64,000 nt of DNA from an uncultured Acidobacteriota bacterium (GTDB lineage Bacteria > Acidobacteriota > Terriglobia > Terriglobales > Acidobacteriaceae). Positions 18,524-29,700 of this stretch are shown here, piece after piece. The notes under the pieces are model-generated. The model saw nothing but the letters and a program-made list of their open reading frames with translations. It had not been told where the DNA came from and made no database searches. The DNA lies in assembly GCA_963735505.1 (NCBI GenBank), contig CAVTLR010000007.1:323807-387806 (forward strand), in the 5' to 3' direction. Numbering within the stretch: the first letter of the stretch is position 1; each line of letters opens with the position of its first letter. The translations under genes were made by a program, and so were the position numbers.

Positions 18524-20119
18524 TTACAAACTGCCCGTCAGAGTCCACGCATACAACACGCCGTCCACCCCTGTGACGACATATTGCGTTCCATCGATTT
18601 GATATGTCATGGGGGCAGCATAGTCCTCCAGACCTCCTGGCCGCGTATGCCAGAGCACGTGACCGTTGGCGGGGTCGAGCGCCAACAGGTTGCCGGAAGC
18701 ATCCGCCGTGAAAAGCAGATGTCCTGCTGTGGTCAAGACACTTGCGCCTGCAAGACCATTCCCACTGTCTCTTTGCCAGCGGATTTTACCGGTCTGATAG
18801 TCCAAGGCTAATAGCACGGAGCTCGCAACCAGGGGCACCGTCCCTCCGCCCTGATGATCGGTTGGGCGAGCGCCGGGGCTGAGATACCATATGCTGTCGC
18901 CACGCCACGCATTGAAGTAGAACATGCCTGTCTCCGGATCGAAGCTGGGCGACATCCAACTAGTCCCGCCGTCCTCGGCAAGTGTGATCAGCGTGCCATC
19001 TAACTGCGGTTCTTTCGCAGGATTCGGGATGGGACTTCCATTGGCATCGATGCCCATGGCCCAGTTCGCCGTGCCGAACGGGGTGGCCAGAAGATTTTTT
19101 CCGGTTGTGCGGTCAAGCACAAAGAAGTAGCCATTCCGGCTCGCCTGCGCCAGTAACTTGCGCGGCTTTCCAGCAAACGCTGCATCGATGAGGACTGGCG
19201 TTTCCACCGCATCCCAATCATGCGTGTCGTGCGGAGATGCCTGAAAGTACCAGGCGATCTTTCCCGTATCTGCGTTAAGCGCCAGGATAGAGCAGGTGTA
19301 CAGGTTGGTTCCGGCGCGGCCTGCACCCGCCAACACGGGATGCGGGTTGCCAGTTCCCCAATAGATCAGGTTCAGCTCCGGATCATAGGTGCCCGTAAAC
19401 CAGGCTGGGCCGCCACCGTGAACCATGGCCTGTTCGTTCGGCCAGGTTCGCGCTTCCGGCGTTCCCGGCTTTGGAACTGTGGAGGTGTTCCAGACAATTT
19501 TTCCAGTTTTCCAATCGAGCGCTTCGACAAAGTGAGGCACGTTTGCTGAATCCCCGGAAGTGCCAAGAACGACCAGCCCTTTGACGATCAGTGGAGCGAC
19601 GCTGAGGTAGTAGCCGAACTTGACGTCCGCTACCGTGACCTCCCAAATCTTCTTCCCATTGCGAGCGTCGAGGCAAAAGAAATGTGCGTCCGTGGTCCCG
19701 AAATACACTCTGCCTTTGTAAAAGGCCACGCCGCGTTGCCCGAGATGATCACCTTCCGCTGAGCGACGAAAGTGCCAAATTTGTTGTCCAGTTTTCGCAT
19801 CGATCGCCCACACCCGATTTGGCACGGCGAAATAAAGAATTCCGTCCACTTCCAGGGGTGTCGACTTCAATGCCGCCGCATGGGTTTGGAAGGCCCACGC
19901 CAGCTTCAGCGATTTGACGTTGCCCTGGTTGATCTGCGTTAAGGGGCTGAACCGCCGGCCAGAATAATCGCCATTGAATGTAGGCCACGAGCCCTGTGCC
20001 AACGGGATGGAATCCGTGAGGGTGGCATTCTGCGCCGGCACGCGGCACGCACCGGCCAGTATCAGCAGAGCCGCAAGCCAAGCGCTACTTGAGCGTTTCA
20101 AGGTAGGCAAATACGTCAT
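18524..20119 (-). CDS. PQQ-dependent dehydrogenase (quinoprotein, 8-bladed beta-propeller)
   Basis: Met at 20119 gives the signal peptide MTYLPTLKRSSSAWLAALLILAGACRVPAQ. The quinoprotein N-terminus is WPTFNGDYSGRRFSPLTQINQGNVKSLKLAWAF, and W-repeat propeller motifs run throughout. Confidence 0.8.
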   Translation of the reverse strand: MTYLPTLKRSSSAWLAALLILAGACRVPAQNATLTDSIPLAQGSWPTFNGDYSGRRFSPLTQINQGNVKSLKLAWAFQTHAAALKSTPLEVDGILYFAVPNRVWAIDAKTGQQIWHFRRSAEGDHLGQRGVAFYKGRVYFGTTDAHFFCLDARNGKKIWEVTVADVKFGYYLSVAPLIVKGLVVLGTSGDSANVPHFVEALDWKTGKIVWNTSTVPKPGTPEARTWPNEQAMVHGGGPAWFTGTYDPELNLIYWGTGNPHPVLAGAGRAGTNLYTCSILALNADTGKIAWYFQASPHDTHDWDAVETPVLIDAAFAGKPRKLLAQASRNGYFFVLDRTTGKNLLATPFGTANWAMGIDANGSPIPNPAKEPQLDGTLITLAEDGGTSWMSPSFDPETGMFYFNAWRGDSIWYLSPGARPTDHQGGGTVPLVASSVLLALDYQTGKIRWQRDSGNGLAGASVLTTAGHLLFTADASGNLLALDPANGHVLWHTRPGGLEDYAAPMTYQIDGTQYVVTGVDGVLYAWTLTGSL

Positions 20120-20885
20120 GAATGTCCTTGTCCGTGTATTTTCCGAGTAACTCCAGATGTTCTGCGAGCGGATCATGCACCTGGACTTTTGCTTGCTGCA
20201 GTGACCAGGAGCGATACCATCCATCCTGATCCAGAATCGCTACATAGAACGCGTCAAGATGAAGTAGCTTGCCATCAAACTGCTTGCCGGAGTTCAACGT
20301 GACTGTGGCAGAAACGGAATCATGTGACGGATAAAGGAACTGGGCTTCCAAATCGGCGGGCGAATATTTCTTCGCAATCCCTGCGAGATCTCCGGTGGGC
20401 GAGTGACAAGTTGCGCACTTCCCTGCTCCATAAAAATATTGCTTGCCGGCTTCGGTATTCCCGGTGAGCAGCTGTCGCAGCGAATAGCCACCGGCAAGGC
20501 CGTCCGACGATACCACGCTGGCCATGGCGACACGGGCATGCAGAAAGGCGACGATGTCGGAGATTTGCGCTGAATCCATCAACGGGAACGCGGGCATCCC
20601 TTTGTCTGGACGACCGTCCTGAATCACCGGCGCAATCAGATTGCCGTCCTCATCATGGCGCACAAGCGCAGACTGTATCAGGTTCGGACCCACGCCGCCC
20701 AAAGCATCGGTGCCATGACAGATCGAGCACGATTGCCGGAAGTTCGCCTGGCCGCGCTGCACATTTTCATGTTTCATCAGGTCAGTTTGTGCCAGCGCGC
20801 GAAGTACAAACGATAAAATGCAGACGAAGTATATCCACCGCAGAGAGCGAGTGGGACGCACTCCCAAGGATTGAAAGTCGGTCAT
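20085..20885 (-). CDS. di-haem c-type cytochrome
   Basis: Two CxxCH motifs (CSICHG and CATCHS). Met at 20885 gives a hydrophobic signal/anchor (WIYFVCILSFVLRALAQ). It lies directly upstream of, and overlaps, the PQQ dehydrogenase gene. Confidence 0.8.
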   Translation of the reverse strand: MTDFQSLGVRPTRSLRWIYFVCILSFVLRALAQTDLMKHENVQRGQANFRQSCSICHGTDALGGVGPNLIQSALVRHDEDGNLIAPVIQDGRPDKGMPAFPLMDSAQISDIVAFLHARVAMASVVSSDGLAGGYSLRQLLTGNTEAGKQYFYGAGKCATCHSPTGDLAGIAKKYSPADLEAQFLYPSHDSVSATVTLNSGKQFDGKLLHLDAFYVAILDQDGWYRSWSLQQAKVQVHDPLAEHLELLGKYTDKDIHDVFAYLETLK

Positions 20886-20961
20886 GATATTTCCATATTC
20901 CACGAGGTTGCGTTGTGCAACCCAGAAGTGTCCTGCACTGGCGCGGAAGCAAGCATGAACT

Positions 20962-21993
20962 CTATTCCCTCCAGTCCAGAATGACCTTGCCACAATCTCC
21001 GGTCTTCATCACAGCGAATCCTTTTTCGAATTCCTGCCAGGGAAAGCGATGCGTGATCACCGGTCGAATATCCAGACCCGACTCCAGCATCACCGTCATT
21101 TTGTACCAGGTTTCGTACATTTCGCGGCCGTAGATGCCTTTCAAGGTCAACATGTTGAAAATCACACGATGCCAGTCGATCGCGATCTCCTGGCTGGGGA
21201 TACCGAGCATGGCGATTTTGCCGCCGTGACTCATGTTCGCCAGCATGTCGTGAAACGCAGTCGGATTTCCAGACATCTCAAGCCCGACGTCGAAACCCTC
21301 CACCATACCCAATTCCTGCTGGGCGTCTGCGAGTTTCTTTTTGGTGGGATCGACGGCCATCGTGACCCCCATGGTTTTGGCCAGCTCCAGACGAAATGGA
21401 TTCACGTCGGTGATGACGATATGTCTTGCTCCCGCATGCCGCGCGACCGCTGCGGCCATTAACCCAATCGGTCCGGCTCCTGTGATCAGCACATCCTCGC
21501 CGAGAACTGGAAAGGATAAGGCAGTGTGGACCGCATTGCCGAAAGGATCGAAGATGGAAGCCACCTCCAGCGACACGTTTGGATGATGACGCCAGATATT
21601 GCTCATCGGTAGGGAAATCAACTCTGCGAAAGCACCCGGCCGATTGACGCCTACTCCTCGAATCTGAGCGCATAAGTGACGCCGCCCTGCCAGGCAATTT
21701 CTGCAGCGCCCACAGACAACGTGGCCTTCCCCACTCACGATCATGCCCGGACGGAAGTCCGTAACGTTCGAGCCGACGTCCACAATCTCCCCGACAAACT
21801 CGTGCCCAATCACAGTGGGGACCTGAACCGTTGACCTGGCCCAACTATCCCATTCGTAGATGTGCAGATCGGTCCCACAAATGCCGGTCATCTGAACCTT
21901 GATCAGGACATCGTTGATACCAATCGACGGCTTCGGCACGTCGTCAACCCACAACCCACGCTCATCGCGGTTCTTCACCAGGGCCTTCATCAT
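20962..21993 (-). CDS. tdh: L-threonine 3-dehydrogenase
   Basis: 343 aa. [36 protein letters not shown] and [19 protein letters not shown] match Zn-dependent Tdh end to end. Confidence 0.9.
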   Translation of the reverse strand: MMKALVKNRDERGLWVDDVPKPSIGINDVLIKVQMTGICGTDLHIYEWDSWARSTVQVPTVIGHEFVGEIVDVGSNVTDFRPGMIVSGEGHVVCGRCRNCLAGRRHLCAQIRGVGVNRPGAFAELISLPMSNIWRHHPNVSLEVASIFDPFGNAVHTALSFPVLGEDVLITGAGPIGLMAAAVARHAGARHIVITDVNPFRLELAKTMGVTMAVDPTKKKLADAQQELGMVEGFDVGLEMSGNPTAFHDMLANMSHGGKIAMLGIPSQEIAIDWHRVIFNMLTLKGIYGREMYETWYKMTVMLESGLDIRPVITHRFPWQEFEKGFAVMKTGDCGKVILDWRE

Positions 21994-22267
21994 TTTTTCT
22001 CCAGAGTGATGGATCGCGCAGAGATTGTACTCTGCTCTGCTGGCAGCTTGTTCGGGGGCAAATGCCGGGCGATTTCTTGTGCACTCTTCTTATCGTGCAG
22101 GCTAACACCGAATGACCGTTTCAATGAACTGCCGTCGCATCGTCTTTGGACCTGGGATGAGTGGCTGTCGCATTGAAGGTGCATTTGACATTGCGAGCTT
22201 GTAAGAAGGCAGCCTTCGCTCCCGCGACTGCAACCACGCGATTTCATGACCCGACACTTTTGAGGTT

Positions 22268-22292
22268 TCAGTTCCATTCCTGTTGGAACTGA
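22268..22292 (+). promoter_or_regulatory. 9-bp-stem hairpin/palindrome immediately upstream of the MgtC-family gene
   Basis: TCAGTTCCA-ttcctgt-TGGAACTGA is a perfect 9-bp inverted repeat ending 13 nt before ATG 22306. No U-tract follows it. Confidence 0.3.
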
Positions 22293-22305
22293 ATACAATG
22301 GCTGC

Positions 22306-22800
22306 ATGCCAATTTCCGAACCTACGGGACAAGGTATCAATCAGTTTGTCGAGCTTGGAATCGCTTTTCTGCTGTCAGCGGCGATTGGACTGGAACGAGA
22401 GATTCGCCACAAGAGTGCCGGGCTTCGAACTTACACAGTAGTCGGTACTGCAGCAGCTCTCTTCCTGCTGATTTCGAAATACGGCTTCACCGATGTATTG
22501 GTCGCCAATCGGATTGTTCTGGATCCTTCTCGAGTCGCAGCCCAGATTGTGACCGGTATCGGGTTCATTGGCGCGGGCCTGATTTTTGTGCGCGAGGATC
22601 GAGTTGCCGGACTGACAACTGCCGCGACTGTTTGGCTCGTTACCGGAATCGGCATGGCGTGCGGCGCCGGCCTGCCCTTGCTCGCCGTGGCTGCCACATT
22701 CGCATACTTCATCGTGGCGCTGGTGTTTCCGCTGATCTTGGGAGTTCTTCCCGGTGCGCAGATTCCCGCTGAACAGCACGAAAACCCGCGCCACGACTAG
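22306..22800 (+). CDS. MgtC/SapB-family membrane protein
   Basis: 164 aa. Motifs LLSAAIGLEREIRHKSAGLRTY and AQIVTGIGFIGAGLIF. Confidence 0.85.
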   Translation: MPISEPTGQGINQFVELGIAFLLSAAIGLEREIRHKSAGLRTYTVVGTAAALFLLISKYGFTDVLVANRIVLDPSRVAAQIVTGIGFIGAGLIFVREDRVAGLTTAATVWLVTGIGMACGAGLPLLAVAATFAYFIVALVFPLILGVLPGAQIPAEQHENPRHD

Positions 22801-23028
22801 CTGAGAGGCTTGGCGCAAAGGCTCCCAATTTCATACGTGGATGCCGTGACCGTGCCGCCGTGTGTCTGATCCTGCTATTTTTTGCGTATTCGATCCCGAG
22901 ATCGGTATCGCCGGCAACGCGGATTGCCATCTTGGTGGCTCTCGAATCGAAAACACCCACCCCAAAAGTGGCGGTGGACAGGCGCAACGTAGTACTACTA
23001 GCGAATGTTAATTTTTTGGAGGTCGTAC

Positions 23029-26000
23029 ATGCGTCTACGTTTCAAAAGCAGGATTAGAGTCGCAGCCAGGCTCGCTGGGATTGGCCGTATCTCTCTAATA
23101 TTACTTGCTTTAGTACCAGTCTCTTTGGCTCAAACCGCGGTGACTGGCGGACTGAATGGAGTAGTGAAAGACTCGGCCGGGGCGGTCGTCCCTGGGGCAA
23201 CGGTGACGGTCGTCGACACCTCTACCGGAGGCGCTCGCGTATTGACTACCAACGCCACGGGGCGTTACACGGCTCCGTTTCTCAAGCCTGGAAAATATAC
23301 GGTGTCGGCAACCGCCAAGGGCCTACAGTCCAACACAACCTCTGTCGAAATTCTGGTGAGCCAACAGTCCGCGGCGAACCTGACCGTTTCGCCGACCGGT
23401 AGCAATCAGACGGTCACGGTAAGCGCAAACAACGCGCAATTGATCGACACACAAAGCGCCAATCTGACCACGACGTTTACAACGCAGCAGTTTGAGGACT
23501 TGCCCAATCCCGGCGGCGACATCACCACCATCGCCTTTACCGTGCCTGGAATTGTAGTGAACACGAATGGAGCGCATGGCGCTTTCAACGGCAGTTTCAG
23601 TTCCAGCGGACTACCCGGCATTTCCAATCTGATTGTCATCAACGGCTCCGACAATACAGACTCATTCTTCAATGACGCTACCGCCGGAGCGTCCACGCTC
23701 AGCATCGGCCAGAACGAAATTGCACAGGCCTCCATCGTACAAAACGGATACAGTACGGAATGGGGACGGCAGGCGGGCGCGGTAGAAACCTACGTGACGA
23801 AAAGCGGCGCCAATCGTGTCCACGGCCTGTTGAACTATACCTACAACAGCGACGGTCTCAACGCGAACGACTTCTTCAATAACCTGGTTGGTACGCCGCG
23901 CCAGAAGGCGATTTCCAACCAGTACGCAGCCCAGATCGGCGGTCCGATCATCCGCAACAAGCTGTTCTTCTTCGCCGACACGGAAGGCATTCGCTACACG
24001 CAACCCTCCGCCAGTTTTGTGAACTTTCCCACCGCCGCACTCCAGACCACGGTTCTGAACACCGTTCCCGCAGCCAGTATTCCGCTCTATACGCAGATGT
24101 TCAATTTGCTGCAAACCTCGCCGTTTTATAACACCGCCGCGCCAGTCACGACTGGAAACGGTCCGTTGCAGGATGCTTCTGGAGCTTTGGGTTGCGGCAG
24201 CTATGCGGGGACGCCGGTCTACGGGCAGGCCAATACCTATTTCGGTACCGCACCCGCGAACGGTGTCGCTGTCCCCTGTATGACCGCGGCGCAGGGTGTG
24301 ACACACGGAGCGCTGCGGGAGTGGATGGCCATTGGCCGCCTGGACTGGAGCGTCAGCGACAAGCAAAAGATCTTCGTTCGTGTGAGCGACGATCAAGGCT
24401 TCCAGCCGAACTTTGTCAGCGTCGTCAATCCGGTGTTGAACGTACAGAGCAATCAGCCAATCTGGAACGCTCAATTTAACCACACATACGTGTTCAGCCC
24501 AAATCTCACCAACCAATTCATCATGTCCGACTATTACTATTCGTTTCCCTTTGGGCCGGCCAATCTGCAAGCAACCCTGGCAGCCTCGCCCACACAATTT
24601 TTTGAAGAGTACGATGGCGGGACCAATGTTTCCCCCGGAATGGGCCAGGGTGGCACTGTCGGGTTCAATTGGGGCGGCAATCCAACAACAACGAACTCCT
24701 CCCAGTATCAATTTGTCGACGATATTTCCTGGCTAAAGGGCAACCACAACTTCAAGTTTGGAGCGAACTTCAAGCGATATGACGTGACCGACGGCTATCC
24801 TTCGGTGAACACGTATGGTGGCTACTATTTCTTCAACTCGCTGGGAGATCTTGCCGGCGGAGTTTTGCCGGGGTCGTCAAATTCCAACTTCAACCAGACC
24901 TTCGACACCGTCAAGCACATCCACATCGCCGGCTACAACTATGGAATTTATGGACAGGATGAATGGAGAGCTACGCCGCGCCTTGTGTTGGACTACGGCA
25001 TTCGCATCGATCGTAATGGAAATCCTATGTGCACTACCAATTGCTTTTCGCGCTATCTGGGCACTTTCCCTGACACCAGCGCGACCCTCGACACACCGTA
25101 CAACGCAACCATTGCCGCGGGCTACAGCAATTCTTTCGATTCGCTCGAACTGGCGGTGATTCAACCGCGCTTCGGTTTCAATTGGGACACCAGCGGTCAG
25201 GGCACGTCGATCCTGCGCGGCGGCGTGGGACTGTTCGCGGATACATTCCCAGGGGCGCTGATCGAGAACCAGTACCTCGATTTCCCCGATTTGTACAATG
25301 CATTCGTGGAAGCGGGAAACGTGGCCCTGGGTCCGGGAAGCGCTCCCGCCTTTGCAGCCGCTTCCTATGGTGTCCTGAATACCGGATTTTCCCAAGGACT
25401 GAGCGCCAACCAACTGGCGGCGGCTCTTCCGGCTGGCGTTCCTTTTTTCGCGCCGAGCCATTACGTGTCCCCGCATCACATGGTGAACGCAAAATATCTG
25501 GAGTATAGCCTGCAATTCCAGAAACAGCTTGGCCCATCAGACGCGTTGATCCTGTCGTACGTCGGCAATCATGGATACGATCTGATTAGCTACGATTACG
25601 GCAGCAATCAAAACCTGGCCGGCAATGCCTACACGCCGTCATCGCTATACAGCAGTTTCGAGGACGTTCCCGTGAATCCACCCGATCCGCGGTTTGGACA
25701 GATGGGAATTATCAACGCCAATGCCAGGTCCGGATATAACGGCGGTTGGATCGAGTACAAGCATATCGATCAGCATGGCCTGACCACGAACATTTCCTAT
25801 ACCTATTCGCATGCGATCGACGATATTTCTAACGGCGGACAAGGCGAAGTTTTCAACAACAATGGTTTCGGCAACCAGATCGTGCCGAATCAACCCAGCA
25901 AGTTGATGTATTCCAATGCTGACTACGATATTCGCCACAATTTTCTGCTCGACCTGACGTACCTGGAGCCGTACCACTTTCAAAATAAATTTGTGCAATT

Positions 26001-26577
26001 TGCTGCTGCTGGATGGACGGTTGCGGGCAAGGCATACTGGCGGTCGGGAGAACCTTTCAGCGTGCTGAATAACAATGCGGAAAACGCCCTGAACAACGGC
26101 ACCGGCAACGGCACTGTCCTGGCCGATGTGCTGAACACCCATTTCAATCATTTCTGCAATTCATTTTCCAATCCCTGTTTTCAAACGCCGGGCATCTTCA
26201 ATGGAACAGGCCTGACGACAGACAATAACGGAAACATCATTCCCGCGCCGCCGGCCAATGCGCCAAATCAGGCTCCGCAAACGGATTTCGGCAACGTGCC
26301 GCGCAATGCATTCTATGGGCCGCATTATGCCGACGTGGATTTAAGTCTGTATAAGAACGTCTTCCAAAGAGGAGGCGCGCAACTCAAAGTTGGCGCGCAA
26401 GCTTTCAACATTTTCAACCACACGAATTTTGCGGCCCCGCAAAACGACGCGTCGCTCGCTGGACAAGGCTTCGGCACGATCAACAGCGATGTGGTCGCGC
26501 CCACCAGTCCGTACGGAGCATTCGGCTCGCCAGGTTCGGGCCGCGTTCTGGTGGTTACGGGTCGATTTAATTTTTAG
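23029..26577 (+). CDS. TonB-dependent receptor with N-terminal carboxypeptidase-regulatory-like domain
   Basis: ATG 23029 is preceded by GGAGG. Signal peptide ...LALVPVSLAQ, then TGGLNGVVKDSAGAVVPGATVTVVDTSTG (CarboxypepD_reg). The rest is a long Gly/Asn/Tyr/Phe-rich beta-barrel ending in a terminal aromatic (...TGRFNF). Confidence 0.85.
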   Translation: MRLRFKSRIRVAARLAGIGRISLILLALVPVSLAQTAVTGGLNGVVKDSAGAVVPGATVTVVDTSTGGARVLTTNATGRYTAPFLKPGKYTVSATAKGLQSNTTSVEILVSQQSAANLTVSPTGSNQTVTVSANNAQLIDTQSANLTTTFTTQQFEDLPNPGGDITTIAFTVPGIVVNTNGAHGAFNGSFSSSGLPGISNLIVINGSDNTDSFFNDATAGASTLSIGQNEIAQASIVQNGYSTEWGRQAGAVETYVTKSGANRVHGLLNYTYNSDGLNANDFFNNLVGTPRQKAISNQYAAQIGGPIIRNKLFFFADTEGIRYTQPSASFVNFPTAALQTTVLNTVPAASIPLYTQMFNLLQTSPFYNTAAPVTTGNGPLQDASGALGCGSYAGTPVYGQANTYFGTAPANGVAVPCMTAAQGVTHGALREWMAIGRLDWSVSDKQKIFVRVSDDQGFQPNFVSVVNPVLNVQSNQPIWNAQFNHTYVFSPNLTNQFIMSDYYYSFPFGPANLQATLAASPTQFFEEYDGGTNVSPGMGQGGTVGFNWGGNPTTTNSSQYQFVDDISWLKGNHNFKFGANFKRYDVTDGYPSVNTYGGYYFFNSLGDLAGGVLPGSSNSNFNQTFDTVKHIHIAGYNYGIYGQDEWRATPRLVLDYGIRIDRNGNPMCTTNCFSRYLGTFPDTSATLDTPYNATIAAGYSNSFDSLELAVIQPRFGFNWDTSGQGTSILRGGVGLFADTFPGALIENQYLDFPDLYNAFVEAGNVALGPGSAPAFAAASYGVLNTGFSQGLSANQLAAALPAGVPFFAPSHYVSPHHMVNAKYLEYSLQFQKQLGPSDALILSYVGNHGYDLISYDYGSNQNLAGNAYTPSSLYSSFEDVPVNPPDPRFGQMGIINANARSGYNGGWIEYKHIDQHGLTTNISYTYSHAIDDISNGGQGEVFNNNGFGNQIVPNQPSKLMYSNADYDIRHNFLLDLTYLEPYHFQNKFVQFAAAGWTVAGKAYWRSGEPFSVLNNNAENALNNGTGNGTVLADVLNTHFNHFCNSFSNPCFQTPGIFNGTGLTTDNNGNIIPAPPANAPNQAPQTDFGNVPRNAFYGPHYADVDLSLYKNVFQRGGAQLKVGAQAFNIFNHTNFAAPQNDASLAGQGFGTINSDVVAPTSPYGAFGSPGSGRVLVVTGRFNF

Positions 26578-26599
26578 CTACAAACTTGGCTAATAACCC

Positions 26600-26643
26600 A
26601 GGCCGCTTTGAAGCTGCACCTGTCAAAGCGGCCTGACTTTTTT
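26600..26643 (+). terminator. rho-independent terminator after TBDR-1
   Basis: AGGCCGCTTTGA-agctgcacctg-TCAAAGCGGCCT is a perfect 12-bp stem, followed by GACTTTTTT. Confidence 0.7.
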
Positions 26644-26719
26644 GAAGCAAATGACGACGGAACCCACCAGAAGGTTTGCCGGCTGCGCACTCGAAGCTAC
26701 ATTGGCTAAGATTGAAGAG

Positions 26720-26735
26720 TAGACGTTAACGTATA
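26720..26735. promoter_or_regulatory. candidate operator palindrome upstream of the DUF5107 gene
   Basis: TAGACGTTAACGTATA is symmetric at 14 of 16 positions, with a perfect core ACGTTAACGT. It lies 58 nt upstream of ATG 26793, and a LacI-family regulator is encoded in the locus. Confidence 0.3.
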
Positions 26736-26792
26736 CGCAACGGAGTCTTTTACTGTTGATACAATCTCTGTTTCCTGCGGGGAGCAAGTTCC

Positions 26793-29700
26793 ATGCGCAA
26801 GGCCCAAGATGGACAGGAAGCGGTGAAGGAACTTCATAGGCTCATCCTTCCGGATCCTCCCGCTACTGAGCGCGGTTCAGTGAAAGCCTGGCAACAGGAA
26901 GTCAATATTTTCACCTACCTCCCCGAGTCTCCGGATCCAAACCCGATGTTCTTCGAGAAGCGGGTGTATCAAGGCAGCAGCGGCCGCGTGTATCCCCTCC
27001 CATTTATTGATCGCATTGCGACGGAGGGACATGACCATGCCTGGCAGGCACTCCACATAGAAAATAAATATCTGCGTCTCATGGTTCTTCCTGAGATCGG
27101 CGGCCGCATCCACATCGGATTCGACAAGATCAATGGCTATGATTTCTTCTACCGGCAAAACGTCATCAAGCCGGCTCTCGTAGGCTTGGCAGGCCCATGG
27201 ATCTCTGGAGGCGTCGAGTTCAACTGGCCACAGCATCATCGACCCGCAACGTTCATGCCGATGGAGTTTGAAATCGAGCATGGCGCCGACGGTTCGGCAA
27301 CGATATGGTGCAGCGATCACGATCCGATGAACCGCATGAAAGGAATGCATGGGGTTTGCCTGTATCCCGATAAGGCCTATGTCGAGCTGAAAGTGCGCCT
27401 GTACAATCGAACGCCGTATCTGCAGACATTTTTATGGTGGGCCAACGCCGCCGTGCGCGCTCACCAACACTACCAATCGTTCTTTCCTCCCGACTCCAGG
27501 TTTGTTGCAGATCATGCGAAACGCGCCATCACGACATTTCCTGGGAGCGACGGAAACTATTACGGAATCGATTATGCCGAGCGCAGACGAAGCGGCGTAC
27601 CAACCGACGAGCAGCCGCGCCTCTTCCGGCCCGATGGTTCTTATCCTGCGAATGACTTGAGTTGGTATGCGAACATTCCAGTTCCCACCAGCTATATGAT
27701 TCTGGGCTCACGCGGAGATTTTCTTGGCGGTTACGACCACGGTGCGCGGGCGGGAATGGTGCACATCGCAAACCACCATATTTCTCCCGGAAAAAAGCAA
27801 TGGACCTGGGGAAACCAGGAGTTTGGGTATGCGTGGGAGCACAACCTGACCGAGAGCGATGGTCCATACGTTGAATTGATGGGCGGCGTATACACAGACA
27901 ATCAGCCGGACTTTTCATTTCTTACCCCCTGGGAGACGAAGGAATTCAGTCAGTTCTGGTATCCGATCCGTGAAACAGGTGTCCCAGTAGCTGCAAATCT
28001 AAAAGCTGTTCTGAGCCTTGAATCGGAACCTGGAATCGCCCACCTCGGAGTGTGCGTCACAGAGGATTTACCCGAGGCCCACGTTACGCTAGAACACGGT
28101 GAAACCATCCTCGGTGAATGGAAGGTCTCAATCCCAATCGCTCAACCATGGATGATTGATCAACTTATTCCAGGTGGGATTCAGAAGACGGACCTGCGTG
28201 TTGTCATTCGATCGCGAAGACAGGAAATTCTTCGTTACGTCCCTCCGGACATCGTGAATTCGATCCGTCCCGAGCCGGCAAAAGAGCCCGGCGAACCAGG
28301 AACGATTGCGACGACGGAACAGCTTTATCTGACTGGTTTGCACCTCGACCAATATCGGCATGCAACAAGAGATCCGATGCTGTATTGGAATGAAGCGTTG
28401 CGGCGAGACGATCATGACACTCGGACCTGCCAGTCAGTCGGCACCTGGCATCTACGTCGCGGCGAGTTCACGATCGCGGAATCCTATTTCCGGCGAGCCA
28501 TTGAACGACTGACACAGCTGAATGCCAATCCCTATGATGGAGAAGCGTACTACTCGCTCGGATTGAGCTTGCGGTTACAACATCGCGATACCGACGCCTA
28601 TGCGGCTTTCTATAAAGCGACCTGGAATGGATCCTGGAAGTCCGCAGCCTATCATGCACTGGGAGAGTTGGATTCGGCTCGAGGCGATTGGGAGGCTGCG
28701 CTTCGCCATCTTCGCCTGAACCTGCGCGGCAACATGGACGACTTAACTGCCCGCAATCTCGCGGTGATGGCAATGCGGAAGCTTTCTCGAGACGCGGAAG
28801 CGGAATCTATGTTGCAGGAAACTCGGCAACTCGATGGACTCGATATCTGGAGCCGCTATCTGGAATCGGGCGACGGGCCAGAGAATAATCAGCAACGCAT
28901 CGATCTTGCGCTCGACTACTGTCGCGCCGGGCTTTGGAACGAGGCTGCGACCATTCTTGTTGACGCTGACATGGAATGCATCGACGGCTCCGTTCCCATT
29001 GTGCTTTACACGCTCGGATGGTGTTATCAGAATTGCGGAGAATATCAACTCGCCACCGCTAGCCGCGACAAGGCTGCGGCAGCCTCGCCACGATATTGCT
29101 TTCCGTGCCGCCTGGAGGAAATTGAAATCCTCGATTCGGCGATCGCTTCGAATCCCGCCGACGCGCGCGCTCCTTATTATCTCGGAAACCTCCTCTATGA
29201 TCGAAGACGTCATCTGGAAGCCATTGAACTTTGGGAACGGTCGGCCCAACTGGATCAAGCGTTCCCAACAGTGTCGCGCAACCTTGCATTCGCATACTTC
29301 AACGTGTGTGAAGACAAGGCCAGGGCCCGAATCGCTTTCGACCGGGCATTCGCGGCGAACCCGCAGGACGCTCGTGTCTTGTATGAGCGCGACCAATTTT
29401 GGAAGCGAACGGGAGCAACTCCGCAAGAACGCCTGCTGGAGCTGGGACGTTATCCAGAGTTGTTAGGAACTCGCGACGATTTGGCAGTTGAGCTGGCAAC
29501 ACTCCTCAATGCGACTGGCGCACCCGAAGAGGCGCTCGCGATATTAAAAACCCGCAAGTTCCAACCGTGGGAAGGCGGCGAAGGCCTGGTATTGAGCCAA
29601 TGGACTCGCGCCAACCTCGCGTTAGGGGGTCAATTACTGACACGCGGCGAAGCATCCGGGGCACTCTCGTACTTTGAGGCGGCGCTGTCTCCACCCGAGA

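Noticed and set aside
21994-22305. Possible M-box (Mg2+) riboswitch upstream of the mgtC-family gene.
   Set aside because: I could not find the conserved M-box core segments by eye. Only generic palindromes are present, and an Infernal scan would be needed to settle this.
23662-24711. 349-aa antisense ORF inside TBDR-1. Similar long shadow ORFs occur at 24877-25515, 32280-32945, 33420-34055 and 34797-35474 inside the two receptors.
   Set aside because: They lie opposite strongly supported receptor genes and translate to Arg/Gly/Val-rich sequence with no motifs. This is typical of shadow ORFs in GC-rich coding DNA.
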